Shown: positions 27,680 through 35,892 of the stretch, one piece after another | How the letters are laid out: every line of letters starts with the position of its first letter | Numbering within the stretch: the first letter of the stretch is position 1 | Assembly (NCBI GenBank): GCA_964421635.1 | Contig: CAYQWZ010000003.1 | Coordinates: 1,712-65,711 of the forward strand | DNA: 64,000 nt | Source of the DNA: an uncultured Candidatus Saccharibacteria bacterium | GTDB taxonomy: Bacteria > Patescibacteriota > UBA1384 > CAILIB01 > JAUSJZ01 | Direction of reading: 5' to 3' | Notes under the pieces: generated by a model | Databases searched by the model: none | Told to the model about the DNA's origin: nothing | The model's input: only the letters and a program-made list of their open reading frames with translations | Position numbers and translations under genes: made by a program

Positions 27680-29130
27680 AATCCTTTTTTATTATTACTA
27701 ACGATGTTAGTTTTTGCTGCTGTGATATTTCTTTTGTAAGAATCAGCTAGAAAAATAATGTTACGGCTGTTATCTATGGCAAATAAAGTTACATAATGTC
27801 CACCACTAGTAAAATCTCCACTTTTCATTAAGGCGATGACTGGTTTGCCTTGGGCTAGGGCGCTAAGTGATGCTTGCCAACCAGCACTGGTTACTTTTAA
27901 TCCAAACAAACTTCCGACGCTGTTAAGCATTGCGCCACTTGTGCCGCTACCACAAAGTCGCCACCTACCTCTGGTTGATAGTTCAGCAGTAACTCCTGGG
28001 TCAAATTTTCCACCAAATTCTTGATTAATAGAGCTATTAAAGCTGTTTGTTGAAAGAACTCCTCTTTCAACATAATAAGCGATGGCATTAGACAGTGATG
28101 TTGGGCCACAGCCAGAAGAAGAAATATTGGCACCACAACTTACAATGGATGCGTTTGTATTACCTAATTGACCTGCGCTGTTTACACCTTTATAAGGCGT
28201 ATTTGCCCAAGGGCCTTGGTGCTGAGTAAAGCGTGGAAAGTCCGCAAAGGTTCTATAAAAACCATCAGCTTCTTTTGTTGTTCCTCCTTTGTAAACTTTT
28301 CCATTAAAGGTTACGCTATCTGGTATTACAATAGAAGAAGGATTTTGCAGAGGTCTATTTGTAAAGTTAATATTACCTCCAATTTGAGTTAAATCACCAG
28401 TAAAAGCATTTCCTTGATAAACTGTGACGCCTGAAACCTCACAAGCGTATAGGTCGTTATCTACCCCTTGGCAATTCATTCGACTGCGAGCTGCCTGTTC
28501 ATCGCGCGTGCCAGTAAAGGCTAAATCGAGTCTCTTTGTCATATCCTTGCCAGTCGACAACATCGTTTGGTAATAGCGTTCGTTAATATTAGTAGCAGTA
28601 CCAAAGGTATCAATAACAGGAGCTGGTTGGTCGGTGTAACCGGGAATGTGTAGCCAGTAAGCAGTGCCTGTCTGTACTTGTGCACTGTCGCTGGTTTTTA
28701 TTGGCCACTTAGCCCCGTTTTTCCACATTGTTGGGTGATTAACTGCAATGCCACCAACTGCGTAATTATTATTGGAGAAAGCTGAGACTAGCTCGTAGTT
28801 AGCATCGTCTTGATATTTCTTCCGATCTTCATTAGAGAGGCTACAATGATTGATAATTTGTTGAGTAGTTTTATTGCGGTAGGCATAATTTACACCAGAG
28901 AAGGTTCCGCAACCACCCTCTATTTTGTCTGAAACCTTCCACCCAGGAGTATAAAAAGTGACAAAAACTGTTTCATCAGATGAGATAGAACGAAGACCGG
29001 CGCTACTAAATATTCCTCCCGTGTTTAAAAATCTTAGCCACCCAAAAGGGCTGAAAATAAGACCAACAAATATACCGGCAATAGCTATTATTACCATAAA
29101 GACGATAATATATGATAAATATTTGTTCAT
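27658..29130 (-). CDS. Membrane-anchored protein with a C-terminal peptidase C39-like (papain-fold) domain
   Basis: N-terminal TM helix. C-terminal SCGANISSSGCGPTSLSNAIAYY ... GGHYVTLFAIDN resembles the CGP(A/T)SL and downstream His motifs of Peptidase_C39-like domains. Confidence 0.45.
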   Translation of the reverse strand: MNKYLSYIIVFMVIIAIAGIFVGLIFSPFGWLRFLNTGGIFSSAGLRSISSDETVFVTFYTPGWKVSDKIEGGCGTFSGVNYAYRNKTTQQIINHCSLSNEDRKKYQDDANYELVSAFSNNNYAVGGIAVNHPTMWKNGAKWPIKTSDSAQVQTGTAYWLHIPGYTDQPAPVIDTFGTATNINERYYQTMLSTGKDMTKRLDLAFTGTRDEQAARSRMNCQGVDNDLYACEVSGVTVYQGNAFTGDLTQIGGNINFTNRPLQNPSSIVIPDSVTFNGKVYKGGTTKEADGFYRTFADFPRFTQHQGPWANTPYKGVNSAGQLGNTNASIVSCGANISSSGCGPTSLSNAIAYYVERGVLSTNSFNSSINQEFGGKFDPGVTAELSTRGRWRLCGSGTSGAMLNSVGSLFGLKVTSAGWQASLSALAQGKPVIALMKSGDFTSGGHYVTLFAIDNSRNIIFLADSYKRNITAAKTNIVSNNKKGLWIIEPK

Positions 29131-29798
29131 TTTATAAGTGGTGCTCTGTTGCTTCTAACAAATTGAACAGCTGCTTTCTCAGCTTCGGTTGCAGGAAATT
29201 CCATCCAGTTACAACCAGCTCTATCTGCTAGACCATCCCCATCATTAAGAAAGGATGTTATCTGATCTTCTAGCTGACTTTTAGATGGTATTCCGGCATA
29301 AGCCGCATGAATATGTTCGTTTCCACACCAATCCCTTCTTGTTTTACACGAACGATACCAAGCTGCCCACCCTTGAGAGCGCATAGCTCGTACAATCTTT
29401 TCAATATCTCCATGAGATTTGCCACGAACAGATACATCAATAGCAGCTGTGTATGTTGAACCGGGCTCGGCAGCATGGTAGCCATGACTAGCTTTGGCAT
29501 TGCCTCGCCCTTGAATAACTGTCCAGCTCATGCCAGTTAGCTCTACTGCTTTTCTGTAAGCAGATGACGCAACTGGATGCACATGTTTAATTGAACCTTG
29601 ACCATCATTGGCTATTAAAATATCTCCTCCTGTGTACACAACTGGTGTTGAATAATCAGAGCCTTCTCGCGAGCCTAAAAAAGGAACAGCGTTAATTGCT
29701 CCTTGCATGGCCAAACCAAAAGCGGCGCCGCCACCAAAAAGAATTATTATTAGGCCAAAAGCCATAATCCATATTGATGCGTCCCCTCTCTTTTGCAT
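29127..29798 (-). CDS. Secreted hypothetical protein (223 aa), possible cell-wall hydrolase
   Basis: N-terminal TM/signal segment, His-rich motifs (IKHVHP; NEHIH), GC-richer than its neighbours. 4-nt overlaps on both sides indicate operon membership. Function not assignable by eye. Confidence 0.45.
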   Translation of the reverse strand: MQKRGDASIWIMAFGLIIILFGGGAAFGLAMQGAINAVPFLGSREGSDYSTPVVYTGGDILIANDGQGSIKHVHPVASSAYRKAVELTGMSWTVIQGRGNAKASHGYHAAEPGSTYTAAIDVSVRGKSHGDIEKIVRAMRSQGWAAWYRSCKTRRDWCGNEHIHAAYAGIPSKSQLEDQITSFLNDGDGLADRAGCNWMEFPATEAEKAAVQFVRSNRAPLIK

Positions 29799-31619
29799 TT
29801 AATTAATGTTTTTGTTGCGCAAGGCTAGCAGCTCTTTAGGGTCAGAAGTAATAATTTGATTCTCTGTGTAGCTGGCAATAACCTTAATAGCTACATGATT
29901 TTGCCCAGCAAAGAATAATCCTTCACCAACATTAGCGTTTAGCAGCAGATATTTTTCTTGTTCCGTCAGGTTAAAAACCTCCGCTACTTTTTCAATAGAA
30001 CTGGAGGATTGCTTAAGTAGAAGCTGCATGGAAGAGTTGGCCACAATTGGTTTGCCGTACTTGTTTTCTAAAAAGTCCTCCACATCTTGCGAAATTATGG
30101 TTAAGCCAAGATAGTACTTGCGGGCGCGTTTGGCTAAACTTTGCAGATATTTGGCGGAATCTTCGTATTGCATCATTAACCAGGCTTCATCAACAATCAT
30201 CAGGCGGCGCTTGAGTTTACCACGAATTACATTCCAAACATAGTTTAAAATAACGAACATAGCGACCGGCCGTAAGGATTCTTCAAGGTCGCGTACTGAG
30301 AAAACGACAAATCCTCCTTTGAGCTCGAAGTTGGTTGGTTGGTTGAATAAACCGGCGAAAGAGCCTTCAGTATATTTAGTTAAGCGTTGAATTAAGCTGT
30401 CGGAGTTACGAATGTTTTGCAGCACAGAAACGAAATCACCTAAAATTGGCGGTTCATTTTTGTGGCTACTTGGGTCTTCGGTGATGTCTTTCAGGGCGTA
30501 AGTTTCTCGTAAGGCGGTGTCGATGATACCGTCCTCTTCAGGGGAGACACCGCCGACCATAATGCGAATTAGACTTGAAAGGGAAGCGATATTAGATTTT
30601 AAGACATCCTCATCTTCGCCCCGCTCATTCTCAATTACTGGCAAATCAAAAGGATTAATTCTTTGCGCTGAACTCAAGGAGATATTCAGGAAAGATCCGC
30701 CGACGGCTTCAGCTAAGCGCTGATACTCGTTTTCTGGGTCAACCACAATGATGTCAGTGCCAAGCATTAAATAGCGAAGTGCTTCGAGTTTAATAGCGAA
30801 AGATTTACCACCACCAGATTTAGCCAGCACAATTGAGTTAGCGTTTTCCAAGTCGAAGCGATCAAACAGAATTAGGGAGTCGTTGTGACGGTTTAATCCG
30901 TAAAGAATTCCTTTGTCTTCTGTCAGTTCAGCAGATGTGAAAGGAAAAGTAGTAGAGAGTGAGCCGGTGTCGAGATTGCGCAAAACCCCCAGCTCGTCGT
31001 GGCCAATTGGCAGGGTCGAGTTGAATCCTTGCTCCATTTGCAGGGTCGATTCCTTAGTGTAAATAAGGGTGCCACCTAAAGCTGACTCCAGCTGGTTCGA
31101 AATTTCTTCCAGATCTTTTAAGGATTTTGAAGAAATGGTGAAATAAAGGGCGAAGTGGAATAGTTTGTTGTGACCTTGAGTCAGTGCATCTCGCATCTCG
31201 TCAATATCTTGCAGGGCGACATCTAATTTAGGGTCGCGCACTAATCCTTTTTCACGCTCAATTTGACGGGTAGATTCCAAGCGGCCAGTCTGCCGTTCTA
31301 ATTTATTTAGTACAGATGAAGTGTCTTGAGGATAAATAAACATAGATATGTCAATGGTGATATCAAAGTTTATTACAGGAGAGAGCCAGTTAGTGTTCAA
31401 GAAACGCGGATAATTATAGACGAACATTGTTTTAGTGTAGGTTTCGCCTAGCTGCAAGTAATTCGGTTTTATTATCATGCCAGAAGGAGAAATAATATCG
31501 CGCACCGAAGTTGTGCCGGCTGAGTAGGCCTGTTTAGCTTGGCGCTGCAAATCTCTCTCAGATGTTGTCTCTTCAGATTTTTTGCGTTTATTGAAACCGA
31601 AAGGTAATTTTAGAGCCAT
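29799..31619 (-). CDS. VirB4/TrbE/CagE-family type IV secretion ATPase (C-terminal two-thirds)
   Basis: Walker A AKSGGGKS, Walker B MIVDEAW, C-terminal RARKYYLGLTIISQDVEDF block, and an upstream CagE_TrbE_VirB-like region (YNYPRFLNTNWLSPV). Confidence 0.75.
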   Translation of the reverse strand: MALKLPFGFNKRKKSEETTSERDLQRQAKQAYSAGTTSVRDIISPSGMIIKPNYLQLGETYTKTMFVYNYPRFLNTNWLSPVINFDITIDISMFIYPQDTSSVLNKLERQTGRLESTRQIEREKGLVRDPKLDVALQDIDEMRDALTQGHNKLFHFALYFTISSKSLKDLEEISNQLESALGGTLIYTKESTLQMEQGFNSTLPIGHDELGVLRNLDTGSLSTTFPFTSAELTEDKGILYGLNRHNDSLILFDRFDLENANSIVLAKSGGGKSFAIKLEALRYLMLGTDIIVVDPENEYQRLAEAVGGSFLNISLSSAQRINPFDLPVIENERGEDEDVLKSNIASLSSLIRIMVGGVSPEEDGIIDTALRETYALKDITEDPSSHKNEPPILGDFVSVLQNIRNSDSLIQRLTKYTEGSFAGLFNQPTNFELKGGFVVFSVRDLEESLRPVAMFVILNYVWNVIRGKLKRRLMIVDEAWLMMQYEDSAKYLQSLAKRARKYYLGLTIISQDVEDFLENKYGKPIVANSSMQLLLKQSSSSIEKVAEVFNLTEQEKYLLLNANVGEGLFFAGQNHVAIKVIASYTENQIITSDPKELLALRNKNIN

Positions 31620-31621
31620 AA

Positions 31622-32593
31622 TTATTGTGGTTGATTAGGTTGGTTAGGATTAGGATTTGAATCTGGCGCTGCTGGTTCGGTTGGCGCCGTCGGTTCAGTC
31701 GGCTGGACTGGTGGTTCTGGTTCGGCCGGCGCGGTTGGTTTTTCAGCGAACTTCTGTGCTTCCTGAGGAACATCGGCTACTTCAATCTGGCTCATTACGC
31801 TGTCACTAGTCGTATCTAGTTTTATTTCATCCGAGCTGGCATCCAGATGCTGGGCCTCGTTTGGCTGATCGCCAACAATTAACTGTTCTTGTGGGCTAGC
31901 TTCTTTTTGCGAAGTATCTTTTGTAATAATCTGTTCTTTGGAAACAACTTCTGTTTGAATTTTCTCTAAATCAACCAGCCTTTCTGTATCTGAAATATCA
32001 GGATTATAAATGCCGTAGAAAAGCTCAATTAGCTGTTGAGTGTTAAGCGCTTCGATGCGAACGCCGAGCTGTGATAATCCACCCGCTACGGCGTTCGCCT
32101 GAGTGTTAAGCTCATCACGGTAGCGGTTAAAGCTTGACCGGCTAAGTGAAGGGGCAGCCTGTTTTTTGAATAAAGATAGCATTCCGCCAGAAGCGCCTTT
32201 AATAGAGGCACTTCTATAAGTCAAAACAATGAAGTAATGCTTTGACATAATATTGGCTACAGAAACTAGACTACGCATAAAATTGATGTAGTCTTGAGCG
32301 TGAATTTGGAGCAACTCGTTGTCTATCTGTTTTGTATGTCGCTCCATACCAATTAAATAAGGTTCTAAATCTAGCCGTAGCGACTTAATAATTATCTGGA
32401 TTGGAAAATCTAGGCTATTTAAAAATCCTTGATATTTAGCAATTATTGAGTTTTGCTCTAACTCGTTTTTTAAATCAAAGTTAATAGGTAATGCTTTAAG
32501 TACAACCGCTAAAGAGCCATCCTTCAGAATGGCTACACCTTCTTCAATGCCAGCAATGGGCAAATTAATTTGAGGGATATCTTTATTCATCAT
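31622..32593 (-). CDS. Protein resembling the N-terminal domain of VirB4-family ATPases, encoded separately, with a Pro/Gln-rich tail
   Basis: IAGIEEGVAILKDGSLAVVLKALPINFDLK is typical of VirB4/TraC N-termini. It ends TAA, then 2 nt, then the ATG of the ATPase ORF in a different frame. Confidence 0.5.
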   Translation of the reverse strand: MMNKDIPQINLPIAGIEEGVAILKDGSLAVVLKALPINFDLKNELEQNSIIAKYQGFLNSLDFPIQIIIKSLRLDLEPYLIGMERHTKQIDNELLQIHAQDYINFMRSLVSVANIMSKHYFIVLTYRSASIKGASGGMLSLFKKQAAPSLSRSSFNRYRDELNTQANAVAGGLSQLGVRIEALNTQQLIELFYGIYNPDISDTERLVDLEKIQTEVVSKEQIITKDTSQKEASPQEQLIVGDQPNEAQHLDASSDEIKLDTTSDSVMSQIEVADVPQEAQKFAEKPTAPAEPEPPVQPTEPTAPTEPAAPDSNPNPNQPNQPQ

Positions 32594-33011
32594 CTAGTTC
32601 TGAATAACCATGACTATCTACCACTTCGGCCACATTAGCTAAATCTTTTTTAGAATATATTTTTTTAGCAACCTTCTTATTACTTTTCTTTTGCGCTTTA
32701 TCGGCTCTGATAATTGGCTTACCTGAGGATTGATACTGTGACCATCCTCGCTCTTTGGGAGTAATAATGTATTTAAACAATGAGGATAAAAACTTAGGCA
32801 TTGGCTCACCCTGAACTTTAATAGCTGCTAGGGCGAAAGCAAAAATACCAATTGCGCCCGCAATAACCATGCCTAAAAATCCGCCAATTTTAATTAGCGC
32901 CAGATAGGCAATTAACCCACCCAAAGCCAAATAACCAAATTGGATAAGCGTAAACTTACCTACAATTCGATCCTCCATATCAAGATTTTGGGGGACTTTA
33001 AACTGTGGCAT
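32583..33011 (-). CDS. PrgI/VirB3-like small membrane protein (2 TM helices)
   Basis: 142 aa with two adjacent hydrophobic helices (FGYLALGGLIAYLALIKIGGFLGMVIAGAIGIFAFALAAI). It sits immediately upstream of the VirB4-like genes and overlaps the next gene by 11 nt. Confidence 0.5.
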   Translation of the reverse strand: MPQFKVPQNLDMEDRIVGKFTLIQFGYLALGGLIAYLALIKIGGFLGMVIAGAIGIFAFALAAIKVQGEPMPKFLSSLFKYIITPKERGWSQYQSSGKPIIRADKAQKKSNKKVAKKIYSKKDLANVAEVVDSHGYSELDDE

Positions 33012-33097
33012 CTACTCTATTATAGAAGAAAAATCGACTGTTTGGGCAGCCAAAAGAGTGGACAAAATTTGAGGCTTTTTAATATTAAATAATCTTT

Positions 33098-33117
33098 CCT
33101 GCCTGCCGGCAGGCAGG
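33098..33117. repeat. Perfect 20-bp GC-rich palindrome CCTGCCTGCCGGCAGGCAGG in the divergent promoter region upstream of the T4SS-like operon
   Basis: Read directly. A second copy with one mismatch lies at 42821-42840. Confidence 0.6.
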
Positions 33118-33151
33118 TTGTAATGTAGGGTTTTGTTATAATATTTACACG

Positions 33152-33475
33152 ATGAAGAAAAGAGTCACTAATAATGATTTAGCAAATTCTATTCTAAGAA
33201 TTGAGAAATCTCAAGAAATATTTACCAGAAAGCTAGAAAGTTTTGAGAATAGACTAGAAGGCTTCTCGAGTACACAAGAAAGTTTACTGAGTGCAATTTT
33301 AAATACTAGAAACGAACTTAAGCAAGATCTCAAAGGGACAGAAGCAAGATTAGATAATAAAATTGATACAAAAACTGACGATATTATTGCTTTGCTGCGA
33401 GATTTTATCCATTATTCATCTGCAAAATACGATAATCACGATAATAGAATTACTAAACTTGAAGGAGCAATTTAA
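33152..33475 (+). CDS. Hypothetical coiled-coil protein (107 aa)
   Basis: Extended -10 element ttgtTATAAT at 33133-33142, about 9 nt before the ATG, implying a leaderless or near-leaderless mRNA. Confidence 0.45.
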   Translation: MKKRVTNNDLANSILRIEKSQEIFTRKLESFENRLEGFSSTQESLLSAILNTRNELKQDLKGTEARLDNKIDTKTDDIIALLRDFIHYSSAKYDNHDNRITKLEGAI

Positions 33476-33502
33476 TGGTATCTTGGTAAAAGGAGGATGC
33501 CG

Positions 33503-33721
33503 ATGTCAGGAACTAACAATCAACCAGCTGAAGCTTGGGTGGCTGAGCGCATTAGGGCTTTTCGAGCTGGTGAGTTGCCAGTCATAGATGAACCTGAGAA
33601 CGAAGGTCTGGCAGGCTGGTATCGAAATGTCGAAGAACCAGCCGCGAGGGCTATCGCTGAAATGGAGGAGGTCGAAGCTCAGGCGACGATCGAAGTCGAG
33701 AATCTGCGTTTCGTGGGCTGA
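33503..33721 (+). CDS. Small GC-rich acidic hypothetical protein (~72 aa)
   Basis: AAGGAGG SD 6 nt upstream of the second ATG; intrinsic terminator overlaps the stop codon. Confidence 0.35.
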   Translation: MSGTNNQPAEAWVAERIRAFRAGELPVIDEPENEGLAGWYRNVEEPAARAIAEMEEVEAQATIEVENLRFVG

Positions 33722-33742
33722 GAGTACCCAGCCCGCTTTTTT
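33715..33742 (+). terminator. Intrinsic terminator (GGGCTG-loop-CAGCCC followed by gctttttt)
   Basis: Read directly. Confidence 0.5.
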
Positions 33743-33757
33743 ATGTTTACAAATTTT

Positions 33758-33846
33758 TGGTGCCGAGGGCCGGACTTGAACCGGCACAGGGTATAAACCC
33801 CAAGGGATTTTAAGTCCCTCGCGTCTACCGATTCCGCCACCCCGGC
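33758..33846 (-). tRNA. tRNA-Leu (anticodon UAA), class II
   Basis: Manual fold: acceptor GCCGGGG, anticodon stem AGGGA/TCCCT, loop CTTAAAA, long variable arm, T-arm GCCGGTTCAAGTCCGGC, CCA encoded. Confidence 0.85.
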
Positions 33847-33902
33847 ATGTTGGTAATTGGTAACCCGATAAGATTAGCGCAATTACAATAAATTGTCCAC
33901 CT

Positions 33903-34367
33903 TTATTCCAAGACAGTAATGTCTGTTCCTTCTTCTGGTAGGCTAGTTGGTACAACATTCAGTTTATCGACTGGGTCAGTACTTAAACTGAGCTCTTTTT
34001 TAAAATCTTCTAAAGGCAGAGAGCCGAACAGTATTAAACCGGATGGTTCCAAATCTTTGGCGTTCTTGTCAGCCAGCTTGAGCTCTTCTTTTGAGGTTAC
34101 CCGAACAGCCAAAACATCGATATTAGAAAAATTCTCGTTGTCTTTGTCAATTTCGTAAGGACGATCTAAATACATCACCTGTAATCCTTCAATTCCCAAA
34201 ACTGCGGTGCTAATTTTTTCGGGCAATACAATGGCGCTGACCCCGTTGACATCGTACTCACCGGGGCCGGGGACTTCAAAATCTGCAATATGGATTGAGT
34301 CGTTCAGCTCGACGCTAACATCGGCTGTTTTAATAATCAGCGTGTTGTCTTTTCTGCTTATTTTCAT
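33903..34367 (-). CDS. Hypothetical protein (154 aa)
   Basis: Long ORF; 3-nt gap to rpsA upstream. Confidence 0.5.
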   Translation of the reverse strand: MKISRKDNTLIIKTADVSVELNDSIHIADFEVPGPGEYDVNGVSAIVLPEKISTAVLGIEGLQVMYLDRPYEIDKDNENFSNIDVLAVRVTSKEELKLADKNAKDLEPSGLILFGSLPLEDFKKELSLSTDPVDKLNVVPTSLPEEGTDITVLE

Positions 34368-34370
34368 AAT

Positions 34371-35705
34371 TTATTTCTTGATCTTCGTAGAGGTTTTTTT
34401 AGCTTTTGCGATAGTCTTATTTTCCTCTTTTTTCACCTTTTTGCCAACTTTTATGATTGGCTTTCGAACAGCTTTCTTCTTGACGGCCTTTTTCTTGTTA
34501 ACCTTGGCTGTTTTTTTGATCACTTTTTTCGTTTTCTTCGTCACCTTAGCTTTCTTGGCCGCTTTGCCTTGATTAGCTTGCTTGAAGCTCAAACCAAGGC
34601 GATGCTTCTTAGGCTCAATAGTTAAAATCTTGAAATTGTATTCCTTTGCTGGAGTAAGGATGTCAGAAGGATCAACTACCTTATCGTCAGATAATTCTGA
34701 GATATGAACTAATCCGTCAATTTCGTCATCAAGTTTTACGAAAACGCCAAACGGAGTGATGCGAGTAACATTGCCCAGCACTATATCTCCTTCTTTGTAG
34801 CGTTTCTCAATCTCTTTCCAAGGGTCAGAAGTTAGGCGCTTCAAAGATAATGAAATGCGATTGTCATCTGTGGAAACGACGATAGCTTTAATTTTGGTGC
34901 CCGGTTTAAACATATCGTCTAAGCTAGAAACGCGACCCCAAGCTACTTCTGAGATATGGACTAATCCTTCTAATTTCTTACCTTCATTTTTTAGCTGTAC
35001 GAAAAGGCCAAAATCAACGATTCCAGAAATGGTACCTTCCATAATGTCGCCAACCTTGATGCCTTTAATTTTCTCTTCCTGCTCTTTGTCGCCGGCTGCT
35101 TTTTCAGAAAAAATCAATTTGCCATTCTTGGGCTCGAAGGATATCACTTTTACGGTCAGGGTTTTGCCAAGCAATTCTTTTAATTTGACGAAGATCTCTT
35201 CGGAATTGCCTCCATCTACTTTAGGATAATGCTTTGATGCCAGCTGAGAAACGGGCAAGAAGCCGGAGAAGTCCCCGTAGTCTACCAGTAACCCGCCTTT
35301 ATTGGCGTCAGAAATTTTAACATCGACAGTCTCATCTTCGTCGTAAGCGGTGGTAAGAGTATTAATCACACGATCGCGGTCAGCTCGGCGAACAGACAAA
35401 ACCATATTGCCTTTGTGATCTTCCAAAGCGACCACAGTGGCGCTCATCTCATCACCAGGAGAAAGACTTTTTGGCAAAGCACTCATCTCGCGTTCTGGAA
35501 TAACACCAATGCTCATGCCGCCGATATCGACATAAATAACTTTTGAAGTGGCGTGAATAACGGTGCCTTCAACAATAGAGCCGATGCGGTGAGGAATCAA
35601 ATCGCCACCTTTCTTCTCTACTAGCTGCGCCATTATTGAGTTGTCTACTGCGACCCCCTCAGTTTTTTTAGCCGGTTTTTTATCTTTAATTGCTTGTTTT
35701 GTCAT
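34371..35705 (-). CDS. rpsA: 30S ribosomal protein S1 with a Lys-rich C-terminal tail
   Basis: Multiple S1 domains (GTVIHATSKVIYVDIGG...; GTISGIVDFGLFVQL...; GNVTRITPFGVFVKLDD...). The last ~80 aa form a KK/AK-rich tail. Confidence 0.8.
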   Translation of the reverse strand: MTKQAIKDKKPAKKTEGVAVDNSIMAQLVEKKGGDLIPHRIGSIVEGTVIHATSKVIYVDIGGMSIGVIPEREMSALPKSLSPGDEMSATVVALEDHKGNMVLSVRRADRDRVINTLTTAYDEDETVDVKISDANKGGLLVDYGDFSGFLPVSQLASKHYPKVDGGNSEEIFVKLKELLGKTLTVKVISFEPKNGKLIFSEKAAGDKEQEEKIKGIKVGDIMEGTISGIVDFGLFVQLKNEGKKLEGLVHISEVAWGRVSSLDDMFKPGTKIKAIVVSTDDNRISLSLKRLTSDPWKEIEKRYKEGDIVLGNVTRITPFGVFVKLDDEIDGLVHISELSDDKVVDPSDILTPAKEYNFKILTIEPKKHRLGLSFKQANQGKAAKKAKVTKKTKKVIKKTAKVNKKKAVKKKAVRKPIIKVGKKVKKEENKTIAKAKKTSTKIKK

Positions 35706-35861
35706 GATTTAAAAAATCTCTGGTCAAGCCAGAGCATAACAGGCCCAAGGCTTGGATGGTTTTTTACTTTTATTTTTTACCATCCGGCCTTTTTGAAGCC
35801 GGATAATCTAATTAGTACATTAGCGCAAAGTAGTTTTTTTGTAAAGGATTTTGAATATAAA

Positions 35862-35888
35862 TTTAAAAACGACTTGCTTAGCAAGCAA
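35862..35888 (-). terminator. Hairpin (GACTTGCTT-agc-AAGCAAGTC) with a minus-strand U-tract, downstream of the small ORF 36096..35893
   Basis: Read directly. Confidence 0.4.
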
Positions 35889-35892
35889 GTCG

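Noticed and set aside
33506-33958. Minus-strand 150-aa ORF
   Set aside because: Overlaps tRNA-Leu(UAA) (33758-33846) and the terminator of the upstream gene; an artefact of the GC-rich tRNA sequence.
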